Source of the DNA: a virus
Lineage: Duplodnaviria > Heunggongvirae > Uroviricota > Caudoviricetes
Reading direction: 5' to 3' (one strand)
Length of the DNA stretch: 64,000 nucleotides
Virus record (IMG/VR): IMGVR_UViG_3300017917_003727
A model generated the notes under the pieces. The model searched no databases. It saw only the letters and a list, made by a program, of their open reading frames with translations, and was not told the DNA's origin. Numbering within the stretch: position 1 is the first letter of the stretch; every line of letters begins with the position of its first letter. Shown here piece after piece: positions 17,842-27,654 of the stretch. The position numbers and the translations under genes are program-made.

Positions 17842-18018
17842 ATGGAAACACTAGAAAAAATCAAAGCGATTATTGAAAATCTATCTGTAGATGCTACTAA
17901 ATTCTACCAAGGAAATAAATCCGCAGGTACAAGAGCTAGAAAACACTGTCAAGATTTGAAAGCTTTAGCTCAACAATTAAGAGGCGAAATATTGGAAGCA
18001 AAAAAAGATGATAAGTAA
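17842..18018 (+). CDS. Small basic histone H1-like / nucleoid-associated protein (58 aa)
   Basis: METLEKIKAIIENLSVDATKFYQGNKSAGTRARKHCQDLKALAQQLRGEILEAKKDDK resembles the short GNKAAGTR-containing 'histone H1-like' proteins common in Bacteroidetes; below the ORF-track cutoff. Confidence 0.4.
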   Translation: METLEKIKAIIENLSVDATKFYQGNKSAGTRARKHCQDLKALAQQLRGEILEAKKDDK

Positions 18019-18156
18019 TTTATTATCACATATAAGTCTTTTTATATTTGTTTTTTCAGTATTATCATTACTGAGACTCACCTTTTTATTTATAAGTTCT
18101 CTCATTTCGTATAAAAATTTAAAATTAGAAATGAGGGAACTTATTTTTTATGGTAT

Positions 18157-18594
18157 TTGTCTTTCATATTTTATATCTTATATTGTATCTATATGAGTTT
18201 TTACAAGGAAGTTGAAAAAATAATAGAATATACAAACTCAATAAGAAAATTAGAAAATTATTTGAGTTTCGATTTATTGTTTCCCGCAAGTTGGTCAATA
18301 CTAAAAAGTCAAGTAGATGAAACTAAAACAGTTTTTCATAAAACTGATGATAAAGGAAAAACGGTTTCCTTTTTATCGGAAATAAATGAAACATCAATTA
18401 CCGAAACGGTGCAAACAATTGAAAAAATAATTCATTTCAATAAAGAAAAAGAAGAAAAACAAAGATTATTCAACGAAAAAGTAAATGAGTTGAAAAATTT
18501 ATTCGAGAAAGAAAGTTTAACAGAATTAAAGGCTTTAAAATTCGATATAGATGAAACACCAAAACTTGAAGGAACCGAAGAGTCAATATCTTGA
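18157..18594 (+). CDS. Hypothetical protein (start may be ATG 18193)
   Basis: 145-aa ORF; N-terminal 12 aa hydrophobic. Confidence 0.35.
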   Translation: MSFIFYILYCIYMSFYKEVEKIIEYTNSIRKLENYLSFDLLFPASWSILKSQVDETKTVFHKTDDKGKTVSFLSEINETSITETVQTIEKIIHFNKEKEEKQRLFNEKVNELKNLFEKESLTELKALKFDIDETPKLEGTEESIS

Positions 18595-18778
18595 TAGATT
18601 GTTGACGTGGTATGATAAAACCAAAAAGATTGACGAAGTTGAGGTCAAAAAACAAAAAGAAGAGTTTATCGAACAAATTAAAAAATTTAAAAAACAAGAT
18701 ATTAAAAACTCAACTAATGAACCACCTGAGGGTATATCAATATGGATGAGAATAAAGAAAACGTTAGGGATTGGTTAA
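18551..18778 (+). CDS. Small hypothetical protein
   Basis: 75-aa ORF. Confidence 0.3.
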   Translation: MKHQNLKEPKSQYLDRLLTWYDKTKKIDEVEVKKQKEEFIEQIKKFKKQDIKNSTNEPPEGISIWMRIKKTLGIG

Positions 18779-18966
18779 ATGATTTGGGATTGATTGTTGA
18801 ATCTATTGAAAAAACATTTATTTCAGAAAACTGTAAAATAGTTGTAGAGTTGGAAGAGGATAAATTTAGAAAGTTCCAAAGAAACTTTAGAGAAATTGAC
18901 AGAACTAGAAACGAAATTGTTGTTGTTATAGATAATATCGAGTTTACTTTTTTTCTGAAAAAGTAG
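18742..18966 (+). CDS. Small hypothetical protein
   Basis: 74-aa ORF. Confidence 0.3.
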   Translation: MDENKENVRDWLNDLGLIVESIEKTFISENCKIVVELEEDKFRKFQRNFREIDRTRNEIVVVIDNIEFTFFLKK

Positions 18967-19585
18967 TAGACTGTCTGTAAAGTTTTTTCTTATCAAAACC
19001 ATTATCTTCTAATAATTTATATAGGTATTTTCTATGTACCGTATTTGAATCACTAACAAAGATAGCGTCAGCTCTTTTTTTATCAATCATATAATTTTGT
19101 AATACTGAAATGAATCTTTTAGATTCATTTTTGTTTTTTAACGAGAAAAGATTAACCAAATCATCATTCTGAACTACAACTTTGTTATTGACTGTAAAAA
19201 TGTTTTTTAAACCAGAGGTATTAACATACTTTAAACAAAACTCTTCAAAATCTATTCTTTTGTTTTGTTTCCAATCAAATATTTTTTCAGGTAAATTATA
19301 TTTTTGTAGTCTTATAATTTTATAATCTGAGTCCGTCATTTCTATTTTTACGTTTCTACCCATATCATCTTGTTTAAAAAGTACCATTTGAGTGTCATCC
19401 AAAACAGATATTATTGATATTTCATATGTAACTTTATTGGCGTTTTCAACAACTACTTCAAACTGTACCTTGTTAGATTCGTCAATACATTTGTTAAAAA
19501 ACAATTCCGCCTTATTTTTTCTTACAAAAGATTTGATGATTTTTTTTCTTTTCTTATTTTTAAACAATACAACCAAATAGTTCAT
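18944..19585 (-). CDS. Hypothetical protein
   Basis: 213-aa minus-strand ORF abutting the dnaJ start. Confidence 0.4.
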   Translation of the reverse strand: MNYLVVLFKNKKRKKIIKSFVRKNKAELFFNKCIDESNKVQFEVVVENANKVTYEISIISVLDDTQMVLFKQDDMGRNVKIEMTDSDYKIIRLQKYNLPEKIFDWKQNKRIDFEEFCLKYVNTSGLKNIFTVNNKVVVQNDDLVNLFSLKNKNESKRFISVLQNYMIDKKRADAIFVSDSNTVHRKYLYKLLEDNGFDKKKLYRQSTTFSEKK

Positions 19586-20576
19586 GTCTAAAGATTACTA
19601 TAAAATATTAGGAGTTAAAGAGAATGCCTCTCAAGAAGAAATAAAAAAGGCATATAGAAACCTATCTAAAAAATATCACCCAGACGTAAATCCTGAGGGT
19701 AAAGAGATGTTTCAAAACATTTCAGAAGCTTACGAGAATGTTGGAGACCCAAAAAAAAGAGAACAATATGATTTCAATAGAAATAATCCTTTTGCCAATA
19801 GCGGACCTGATTTAGGTGATTTATTTGACCTATTTAACAGAGGACAGAATCCTTTTTCACAAAGAAGAAGACAGAACGCTCCTGATAAAGTTGTTATTCT
19901 AAACTTAACACCATTTGAGTCATACTTAGGAGTTACAAAAGATTTGACATATCAAAGAAAAGAATCGTGTAAGATTTGTAATGGTCAAGGGGGTGAAAGG
20001 ATGACTTGTAACACTTGTCACGGTAGAGGTGTATTACAACAACAATTTGAATTTGGGGGTGCAATACACATTCAAAACACCAACTGCCCATCTTGTAGAG
20101 CCAACGGTTATGTTTTGACTCAAGTTTGTTATAATTGTTCGGGTCATGGCTCGAAAACTAATCTTCATAAAATTACCGTTGATATTCCTAAGTCAGTTGA
20201 TGATGGGGATTTTCTTAGAATACCAAATTCTGGAGATTTTACAACTAATGTTGGAATTGGAGATTTAGTCGTACAAATAAAATTAATTAACGATGGTGTT
20301 TATCAAAAAATAGGTCAAAATTTGTACATGAATTATAAATTGGCACCAGAGTCTTTCTTTATTAAGGATGATATAAAACTTGAACACCCTGATGGAACCT
20401 TAATGGTAAAGTTCCCACAAAACTTCAACACGGTAACACCAATAAGATTACGAGGTAAGGGATTTCAAATCGGTCAAAACTACGGTGATTTTATAATCAA
20501 GTTTGAAATAGACGGCTCACTGAGTACACTAAATGAAGAAAAAATTAGTAAAATTATAGAAACATTAAAAGAATGA
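19584..20576 (+). CDS. dnaJ: DnaJ-like co-chaperone (J domain plus CxxCxGxG zinc-finger domain)
   Basis: DYYKILGV ... YHPDVNP (HPD motif) J domain; CKICNGQG / CNTCHGRG / CPSCRANG / CYNCSGHG repeats. Confidence 0.75.
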   Translation: MSKDYYKILGVKENASQEEIKKAYRNLSKKYHPDVNPEGKEMFQNISEAYENVGDPKKREQYDFNRNNPFANSGPDLGDLFDLFNRGQNPFSQRRRQNAPDKVVILNLTPFESYLGVTKDLTYQRKESCKICNGQGGERMTCNTCHGRGVLQQQFEFGGAIHIQNTNCPSCRANGYVLTQVCYNCSGHGSKTNLHKITVDIPKSVDDGDFLRIPNSGDFTTNVGIGDLVVQIKLINDGVYQKIGQNLYMNYKLAPESFFIKDDIKLEHPDGTLMVKFPQNFNTVTPIRLRGKGFQIGQNYGDFIIKFEIDGSLSTLNEEKISKIIETLKE

Positions 20577-20924
20577 TAATATATATTTCACTATGGTAAC
20601 AACACCAACTGTTGAGGTTACAAGTACAAATATAGATATTGGCCAAGCAATTTTGTTGTAACTACTCAAACTCCTTTTTTTACATTTTTTACATTCAGTC
20701 ATAATATTTATAAATATGAATAACATAATTTTAGAGGTATTACGTCAATACGTAAATGAAAAAGAGACTAAAAAATTCAAAAAACCTAGAAAATATAGTA
20801 AATCATACTGCAACTCAACACCATGTAATAAAATGGGTTTCACACAAAAAGCTTCTTGCAGACCATATAAAAATTGTTATAAATAACATTTGCTTTTTAC
20901 AATTTTTTTTCTTATACTTTTACT

Positions 20925-21764
20925 ATGTTAAGTTATATTGGCGGTAAAAGTAAAATAGGTAAATGGATAGTGGACTATTATCCAACAGAAATGGAAACAT
21001 ATGTAGAGACGTTTGGTGGTATGTTTTGGTGTTATTTCAATATGGATTTAAAAAAATACCCAAACCTAAAAAGAGTTGTCTATAATGATTTCAACCCTTT
21101 AAACTATAATTTGTTTATGTGTCTACAGGACCCGTCAACACTTTTGATGGCAATTAATAGAATACCGTGTCAACAATTAGGTGTTGAGAACACTCCTTTG
21201 GTTTATAAAGAACAATTTGGTGAATTCCAACAAGAATTGTTTGGTAGTGGATTTACAATTAACTATCCTGACTATGATGTCGCCGCCAAGTATGCATACA
21301 TACTTACTTCTATTTTCAGTGGTTCAAAACCAGAATCATCAGGATTTATTGACTTAAAAGGTAAATATAAGTCAAAGTTTTTAACTTTTAGAGATAAATT
21401 ATCAAAACCTGATTGGATTACACATTTTAACAAAATAACTCATTTTAGGCGAGGGGATTTCCAAAATGTAATTGAAGAGTTTGATAGTCCGACAACATAT
21501 TTTTATGTTGACCCACCATATTGGAAGACGGAAAATTATTACTCAAACCATGATTTTGATAGAGATGACCATGAAAGACTAGCCAAATCACTTAACTTAA
21601 TTCAAGGTAAATTTTCATTATCATATTATGACTTTGATTTGTTACATGAATGGTTTCCTGAACCACAATTTACTTGGGAAAAAAAACAATTTGCTAAGGC
21701 CGCAGCTGCTAAAAAAGGTAAGACTCAGAACATGGGTGAAGAATTGTTGATTATGAACTATTAA
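20925..21764 (+). CDS. DNA N6-adenine methyltransferase, Dam/D12 class
   Basis: N-terminal IGGKSK, FGGMF and catalytic DPPY (FYVDPPYW) motifs. Confidence 0.65.
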   Translation: MLSYIGGKSKIGKWIVDYYPTEMETYVETFGGMFWCYFNMDLKKYPNLKRVVYNDFNPLNYNLFMCLQDPSTLLMAINRIPCQQLGVENTPLVYKEQFGEFQQELFGSGFTINYPDYDVAAKYAYILTSIFSGSKPESSGFIDLKGKYKSKFLTFRDKLSKPDWITHFNKITHFRRGDFQNVIEEFDSPTTYFYVDPPYWKTENYYSNHDFDRDDHERLAKSLNLIQGKFSLSYYDFDLLHEWFPEPQFTWEKKQFAKAAAAKKGKTQNMGEELLIMNY

Positions 21765-21806
21765 TTTTATAATATTCCTAATATTTATCATTAAACATAT
21801 TTAAAA

Positions 21807-23081
21807 ATGAAGTTTACAGAGGTATTAAAGAATATTATTTCAGAAGATGTTCGAGCAGAACTTTTTATTAAAAAGTTTACCGAACCTACTGTCGATAAAA
21901 AAACAGGTAAGAAAGCTAATCCTGTACTAACCAAGGAAGAATTATTGACTTTGATTAAGAATGACCCAACATCAAGAGTTAGCGATGATGCAACTTCTAT
22001 GGAAGAAGTTAAAAAGACTGGTGGTTATGTACAATGGATGATTAATCAAGTAAAAAGATTACGTCCTGATGGTGTCGGTAAAGGTGGTTCTCGTGAATCA
22101 TCAGAAAGAATAAATTTATTCTTTGAAGATTTATACAAAACAAAAGAAGATTTAATTAAATTCGAAAGATTCAAAAACCAAATACCTGTTGATAAGAGAG
22201 ATATCAACAAGTTAACCTCTGATGAACTTTACGACCTTGTAAAAGACTTTTCTTTGGAAAAGGCAACAACAACAAAGGCAGAGAGAAAAGATGCCAAATA
22301 CGCTCATCCTGGTGGAGAATATATTTTGGAAACTCCAACATATGTTGTAACCAAGATTACAAGAACAGATGCGTTAGGTAAAGAAGCGGCTTGTTTCTAT
22401 GGTGGTAACAACAAAGAAACAAGGTGGTGTACTTCAGCACCTGGTCTTTCTTACTTTGATAGGTACATTAAAGATGGTCCTTTATACCAAGTTTTTGATA
22501 AAACATCTGAAATTTCAAAAGAAACAGGACTACCATCTAAGAGATACCAATTCCACTTCCCATCAAGTCAATTCATGGATAAAGATGATAGACAGATTGA
22601 TTTGATTGAATTCTTGAATAATGCCGAACCTGAAGTAAAAGAATATTTCAAACCTGAATTTATGAAAGGGTTACTTTCAGGAGGTTCTGCAGGTAAGAGT
22701 ATAGAAGTTGAATTCCCAAGAAGTCCTGCGGCTAAATTTATTGCTCTTTATGGTTTCGACGAATTCTTTGAAACTATCCCAACGGATGTTACAAGAATGG
22801 ATATTTCAGGACCTGGCTCATCTTCTTTCAAATTACCAGATGCAATTGGTAACTTAACAAACTTGACAGGTATTCACATTGATGGTCTTGTTTCTGAATT
22901 ACCTGAATCTATGTGTAAATTGGACAAATTAAGATATTTGTCTTTACCAAACAACACACAATTGAAAAGATTACCAGCTTGTTTGGCTAATTTACCAAAT
23001 CTAAAGTTGATTAATACAAAAGGTTGTTCAAATCTTCAGGTCCCTGATGAGTTGAAGACAAAAGTAAAAGTTTGGGGGTAA
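21807..23081 (+). CDS. Hypothetical protein: central 'TKWC' paralog domain plus C-terminal leucine-rich repeats
   Basis: C.FYGGNNKETRWCTS...Y...LYQVFDK block shared with ORFs 28977 and 55260; C-terminal LxxLxxLxLxxN repeats. Confidence 0.45.
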   Translation: MKFTEVLKNIISEDVRAELFIKKFTEPTVDKKTGKKANPVLTKEELLTLIKNDPTSRVSDDATSMEEVKKTGGYVQWMINQVKRLRPDGVGKGGSRESSERINLFFEDLYKTKEDLIKFERFKNQIPVDKRDINKLTSDELYDLVKDFSLEKATTTKAERKDAKYAHPGGEYILETPTYVVTKITRTDALGKEAACFYGGNNKETRWCTSAPGLSYFDRYIKDGPLYQVFDKTSEISKETGLPSKRYQFHFPSSQFMDKDDRQIDLIEFLNNAEPEVKEYFKPEFMKGLLSGGSAGKSIEVEFPRSPAAKFIALYGFDEFFETIPTDVTRMDISGPGSSSFKLPDAIGNLTNLTGIHIDGLVSELPESMCKLDKLRYLSLPNNTQLKRLPACLANLPNLKLINTKGCSNLQVPDELKTKVKVWG

Positions 23082-23103
23082 TTTGTAATTACCCCTTTTT
23101 TTT
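23075..23103 (+). terminator. Rho-independent terminator
   Basis: GGGGTAATT-tgt-AATTACCCC hairpin then T8. Confidence 0.65.
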
Positions 23104-23113
23104 CGTAACTTTG
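23083..23113 (+). promoter_or_regulatory. Promoter TTGTAA-N17-TAACTTTG, ATG 4 nt downstream
   Basis: Conserved module; overlaps the terminator stem. Confidence 0.45.
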
Positions 23114-23117
23114 TGGT

Positions 23118-23393
23118 ATGGATGTTGACGTTCAAATCTACATATCAAATCTGAAACAATTTTTTAAAAACAATCCAAATGACCTTATGGTCTTAATTGG
23201 TGATGCCAACCATGATAAGTTTTTTGAGTTGGTTGAAAAACAAGTTTTAGAAAATCAAAAAAATGGTGATGGTCTTGAATTGACCAAAAAACAAATCATA
23301 GATATTGTACTTATTCTTACAAAAGAAGAAGACAAAGAAAAGGTGGAGAGTTATATTATGAAAGGTCCTTTTGGTAACATAAATCTAAATTAA
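23118..23393 (+). CDS. Hypothetical protein (leaderless-type start)
   Basis: 91-aa ORF. Confidence 0.4.
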   Translation: MDVDVQIYISNLKQFFKNNPNDLMVLIGDANHDKFFELVEKQVLENQKNGDGLELTKKQIIDIVLILTKEEDKEKVESYIMKGPFGNINLN

Positions 23394-23394
23394 A

Positions 23395-25056
23395 ATGGCT
23401 AAAGAAACACTATTCAAACTTGTTGTAAAAACCTATCAAACAACACATAATCGTGACCATAACGATATTGATTTGATTAAAGATATGCGTCCTAAAGACA
23501 AGGAGATTTATTTAAAATATCCTCTATTCACATTTGAAAGACATGGTGAAAAAACTGAACAGGAGTTTGTAGAAAATTATGGTAATCCTTTGGCAGAAGT
23601 GCTTCAGGTTAATAATCAGTTGATTGTGGAAGAAGAAGGTGATAAATTATCATTAAAGAAATTTACATCAACATATTACAGGAAAGTTGGTAGGAAATAT
23701 TTTGAGAAGAAGAAACACATGAGCTTCTTTACCATCAACAAAAAAACATTTGAATTCTATGTTGGTGGTATTGAAAACTATCAAAACAAAATCAAAGTCA
23801 AAAAAAGAGTTAGGAGAAACCCAGTAACTTCACCAAATTATTTAAAGAATGAATTGAGTGTATATTTTAATTATTTGTTGGCTAAAGCTCCTGAAATGAT
23901 TGGGGAATTTGTACAAGTAATTTCAGACAAATTGAAAATTAATTTTGTTGACTATGATACCATGGCAAAACAAGTAATTATTAATTTTTATAACAAAAGA
24001 GGTATTAAATTACCCGACAACATTGAGTCATTTTTAGGGGAACAACATGAGTTTATTCCAAAAACAAAGGAATTCAAGAAACATAAAAATAAGTTTATTG
24101 ACACCTTTATGTCTTTTTTCCAACTCAAAGGTAATGAGATTAAAAAAGCACTTCATTTAACTACCAATGTTAATGTCTACGGACTTAAATCATTGATAGA
24201 CATTTTTGGATACGATTTGTTATATAATGAAAAACTTATCCAACCAATCTTGGATATGCATCATTCTAAAAACTACTTCAACGTGATTCCACACAGAGCA
24301 ACAAAGAAGGAGATGAAAGACCTATTGAATTATTTTAAGTGGTTAATTATTGATGGTCAAATCAACGCTCCAACTCTTTCTGACCACATCAGATATTTTA
24401 ATCAACTCAGGTCTTTAGGTGAGGAAATAAGTTTTGATGCAAAAACCATTGATGATTTTGTTGTGGAACATGCTAACTGGTCAACAAGGGTTGCTAAGTA
24501 CCAAAATGGTGACCACGTAAGAAACTACCCACAATCGTTCAAAGAAACTATCGACCAACCTATCTTTAGTATGGATGGCGTGACATATCATCCAATACTA
24601 CTTACAACCTCAGAAGAGTATAACATGGAAAGTACAATTCAGAGTAACTGTGTTCGAAATTACATTCAAACAGCATCTGCAATTATTGTTTCAGTTCGAC
24701 TTGGTGATGAAAATTCAAAAGAAAGAGCAACGGTTGAGTATAGAGTAATGTATGATTCAACCAATCGTAAATTCATAGCAAAAAGAGTTCAATACTTGGG
24801 TAGATATAATAAAAATCTTCCCGAAACATGGAACACTGTTTTAGAGATTTTGGACCAAAGAGTAAACGAGGAAATTGAACAAAAAGACTTTAAAGTATCT
24901 ATTAAGACAACTTTCAGTAATCAAAAAGTACTCACAAGAGAATTAGTGTTTGGTGATTCTCACAGAAATGAGCAAGGAAACTACCAAGCACCAGTATTTT
25001 GGGACAAAGAAATTAATAAAGTTCACCCAAATAATTTTGATTATTTAAATTTTTAA
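23395..25056 (+). CDS. Large hypothetical protein
   Basis: 553-aa ORF; no motif recognised. Confidence 0.4.
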   Translation: MAKETLFKLVVKTYQTTHNRDHNDIDLIKDMRPKDKEIYLKYPLFTFERHGEKTEQEFVENYGNPLAEVLQVNNQLIVEEEGDKLSLKKFTSTYYRKVGRKYFEKKKHMSFFTINKKTFEFYVGGIENYQNKIKVKKRVRRNPVTSPNYLKNELSVYFNYLLAKAPEMIGEFVQVISDKLKINFVDYDTMAKQVIINFYNKRGIKLPDNIESFLGEQHEFIPKTKEFKKHKNKFIDTFMSFFQLKGNEIKKALHLTTNVNVYGLKSLIDIFGYDLLYNEKLIQPILDMHHSKNYFNVIPHRATKKEMKDLLNYFKWLIIDGQINAPTLSDHIRYFNQLRSLGEEISFDAKTIDDFVVEHANWSTRVAKYQNGDHVRNYPQSFKETIDQPIFSMDGVTYHPILLTTSEEYNMESTIQSNCVRNYIQTASAIIVSVRLGDENSKERATVEYRVMYDSTNRKFIAKRVQYLGRYNKNLPETWNTVLEILDQRVNEEIEQKDFKVSIKTTFSNQKVLTRELVFGDSHRNEQGNYQAPVFWDKEINKVHPNNFDYLNF

Positions 25057-25066
25057 CGTAACTTTG
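25037..25066 (+). promoter_or_regulatory. Promoter TTGATT-N16-TAACTTTG
   Basis: Conserved module upstream of a small basic ORF. Confidence 0.4.
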
Positions 25067-25100
25067 TATAAAATATCACATAATTAAAAAATAAATAGAA

Positions 25101-25253
25101 ATGGCAAAGAAACCCGCAAAATCAAGTTCAAGCTTCTCTTCCAAGTACAGAGAAAAGGCAAAGGTAAGTCGTCCTGGTATTCACGCAAAAACTAAGAGCT
25201 CGAACCATAAACGCTCAAAAAATTACGTGAAGAAATCTCGTGGACAAGGATAA
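25101..25253 (+). CDS. Small very basic Ser/Lys-rich protein (50 aa)
   Basis: MAKKPAKSSSSFSSKYREKAKVSRPGIHAKTKSSNHKRSKNYVKKSRGQG; promoter upstream; below the ORF-track cutoff. Confidence 0.3.
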   Translation: MAKKPAKSSSSFSSKYREKAKVSRPGIHAKTKSSNHKRSKNYVKKSRGQG

Positions 25254-25569
25254 AGATTTTATTATTCCAAAACACATCCTTGAACTTTATTCTCAAGTTC
25301 ATACAGGTAAACCATTCCCATCTATATGGGATTTTGGTTTTGTAGATAAATCAGTTTTAGAATCAACCAAAGTCAAACCGTATTTTGAACAACTTGATAC
25401 AACTGGTAAACAAAAGGAAATTTATCTACACACTCCTGAATATGATATTTACTTGCTTAATCTTATAGATACATTTGAGATGTATTTTCTCTATGATTCT
25501 GAAATAAAAGATTCAGTATTAATAGCAGCAAGTAAACTAAAAAAATATAAAGTAAAATTCGAAGACTAA
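25240..25569 (+). CDS. Hypothetical protein (ORF-track start is GTG; true start uncertain)
   Basis: 109-aa ORF in +1 frame relative to the preceding small ORF, overlapping it by 14 nt. Confidence 0.3.
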   Translation: MDKDKDFIIPKHILELYSQVHTGKPFPSIWDFGFVDKSVLESTKVKPYFEQLDTTGKQKEIYLHTPEYDIYLLNLIDTFEMYFLYDSEIKDSVLIAASKLKKYKVKFED

Positions 25570-25570
25570 A

Positions 25571-25885
25571 ATGGAACTATCATCAGAACAACTAAAAGAA
25601 AAGTTGGAATCAAACGAGAAATTTATATTGGACCTCTACGCTTCTTGGTGCGGTCCCTGTAAAGTTTTATCACCAATACTTGAAAGAGTAGAAACACAAC
25701 TTAATCAACAAAACTCAGACGTTAAAGTCTATAAATTCAACATCGAAAGTGACCCACAACTTGTGAGCTCTTTAGGTGTAAGAGCTGTACCAACAATTAA
25801 ATTTTATTCAGGTGGTCAGAATACAAAAACTAATGTTGGTATGATGACAGAATCGGCTCTACTTACTGAAGCTTCAGTTTTGTAA
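25571..25885 (+). CDS. Thioredoxin
   Basis: WCGPC active site and thioredoxin-fold spacing. Confidence 0.75.
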   Translation: MELSSEQLKEKLESNEKFILDLYASWCGPCKVLSPILERVETQLNQQNSDVKVYKFNIESDPQLVSSLGVRAVPTIKFYSGGQNTKTNVGMMTESALLTEASVL

Positions 25886-26172
25886 TGATAAAAGTTTATT
25901 TGTTTACTATGGATGGTTGTCCACATTGTCAAGAAATGAAAGACATGTTGGATGAAAGTGGGATTGAATATACAGTCAAAGATATTGATAAAGATGAAGA
26001 TGAATACGCAGAATATCAGACTTTAGTGGAGGGTAACGAATATGTACCAGCTTTTCTATGTGTTGAACTAGAAAAGAATAAAGTCAAAAGATACGGAGCA
26101 TTTGCACCCGACAGGGACTACATGGAACTATCAGAGGCTTTAGATAAAGTCAAAGGTTTTATCGCAGGGTAA
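25885..26172 (+). CDS. Glutaredoxin/NrdH-like redoxin
   Basis: CPHC active site near N-terminus of a ~95-aa thioredoxin-fold protein. Confidence 0.6.
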   Translation: MIKVYLFTMDGCPHCQEMKDMLDESGIEYTVKDIDKDEDEYAEYQTLVEGNEYVPAFLCVELEKNKVKRYGAFAPDRDYMELSEALDKVKGFIAG

Positions 26173-26195
26173 AATCTGTTTTTTTTCATTGTAAA

Positions 26196-26223
26196 GGGGG
26201 ATTTTTTAATTCCCCTTTTTTTA
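26196..26223 (+). terminator. Rho-independent terminator
   Basis: GGGGA-ttttttaat-TCCCC then T8. Confidence 0.5.
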
Positions 26224-26236
26224 TTATATTTGTATC

Positions 26237-26761
26237 ATGGACTTATCATATAAAGAAAAAGGTAAAAACGTAAGACACAATCCACTTAAACATTATGCAA
26301 TGGAAGACGGAACTTTGGTTGCAATATATCAGGGATTTAGAGGTGGGAATCCATTGTTAGATTTTATAGTGAAATATAAGAGTAAAGGTCAAAGACTCAG
26401 GACACCCAGTCATACTCATTGGATTGTAGACCTTCTTGTTAAATGTGAATACAGTAAAGAGGTTGTTGGTGAGTATGTTCAGACTATGTTGAACTTCTAT
26501 GATACAACACAACCATTTAGAAATGTTACAGAAAGAGATACATATGAATTATCATTGTATGGTACTTTCGATTATGATTGTTTAGACACACACGGATATT
26601 ATTCTATTGAAACACTAACAGCGTTTATTGAATTGTTTTCAAAGTGTGAAAAACAAACAGAAGGTGCATTTATGTTCAGAACCCTGTTACAGTTAGTTAA
26701 AGACTACTGTGACGGTAAGAAAGATTTCTATCAAGTAGTGGGATATTCTAAAAGAGTTTAA
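26237..26761 (+). CDS. Hypothetical protein
   Basis: 174-aa ORF preceded by TATATTTG-tatc-ATG. Confidence 0.4.
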   Translation: MDLSYKEKGKNVRHNPLKHYAMEDGTLVAIYQGFRGGNPLLDFIVKYKSKGQRLRTPSHTHWIVDLLVKCEYSKEVVGEYVQTMLNFYDTTQPFRNVTERDTYELSLYGTFDYDCLDTHGYYSIETLTAFIELFSKCEKQTEGAFMFRTLLQLVKDYCDGKKDFYQVVGYSKRV

Positions 26762-27624
26762 AGAAGTATAATTTCTTTTACTCGGTCTCTATTCTTCCAA
26801 GGGTAGTTTTCATTTACAACTAATATCTCATTTGCGAAGTCATAACTATCTAAGTTCAAATGGGATATTAGTTTTTCAGGTTCAAAGTCAAATATATCTA
26901 AAACCAAACTTTCAACCCATTTTTTTGTAGTAATTAAAGATTCACTATCGATTGTCAGATTTATATTTTCCCAAGATATATTATTTAATTCAGCGTCTGT
27001 TGATATGTGAATGTCTAAGGTCTTGCATAGGTTCTTTTCAAACAAGTTGTGAGTGATGTATCTTGAAAGTATGTAAAGGTATTTTTCACTTCTAATGTCT
27101 TTACCATATATTGGTTCGGATTTATATGTCCTTTTGGAGATAAGTAATTCCGTGTATTCTTTTGGTATTTCTAATTCATTTTCATTACTTATCACATTGA
27201 TGTACTGAGTGGTTCCAAAGTGTCTTAGATTTGCAAATAAACCCTTTTTATTCCACTCTAATAACTTTTTATAGTCTGTGAAGTTTTCGTGATAATTAGA
27301 TTTGTATTTTGTAAAAAAATGGTTATATAATATTGTTGTACTTTCTCTTTCTTTTCCATACTCAATCATATCAAAAACCTTCACCAAAATTTTCATTGAT
27401 TCAGGTACTGTTTCCATAAACGATTCAAAAATTTCAGTCAGGTTTAATCTTTCTTCAAGTGAAGTCTTACCAAAAACAATCAAGAATTGATTTACATTTG
27501 TTACTGAAATATCAACGTAATGTTTGGGGTCAATGAGTTTTATTTTTTCTACAATTGAATTTACTAAAAGATTACAGAGATTCGTCCCGAAGTAGGGATT
27601 ATAAATAATATTTTCGTTAGACAT
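26758..27624 (-). CDS. Hypothetical protein
   Basis: 288-aa minus-strand ORF. Confidence 0.4.
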   Translation of the reverse strand: MSNENIIYNPYFGTNLCNLLVNSIVEKIKLIDPKHYVDISVTNVNQFLIVFGKTSLEERLNLTEIFESFMETVPESMKILVKVFDMIEYGKERESTTILYNHFFTKYKSNYHENFTDYKKLLEWNKKGLFANLRHFGTTQYINVISNENELEIPKEYTELLISKRTYKSEPIYGKDIRSEKYLYILSRYITHNLFEKNLCKTLDIHISTDAELNNISWENINLTIDSESLITTKKWVESLVLDIFDFEPEKLISHLNLDSYDFANEILVVNENYPWKNRDRVKEIILL

Positions 27625-27654
27625 GTTATAAATCTAACAATTAAATTTTATTAG

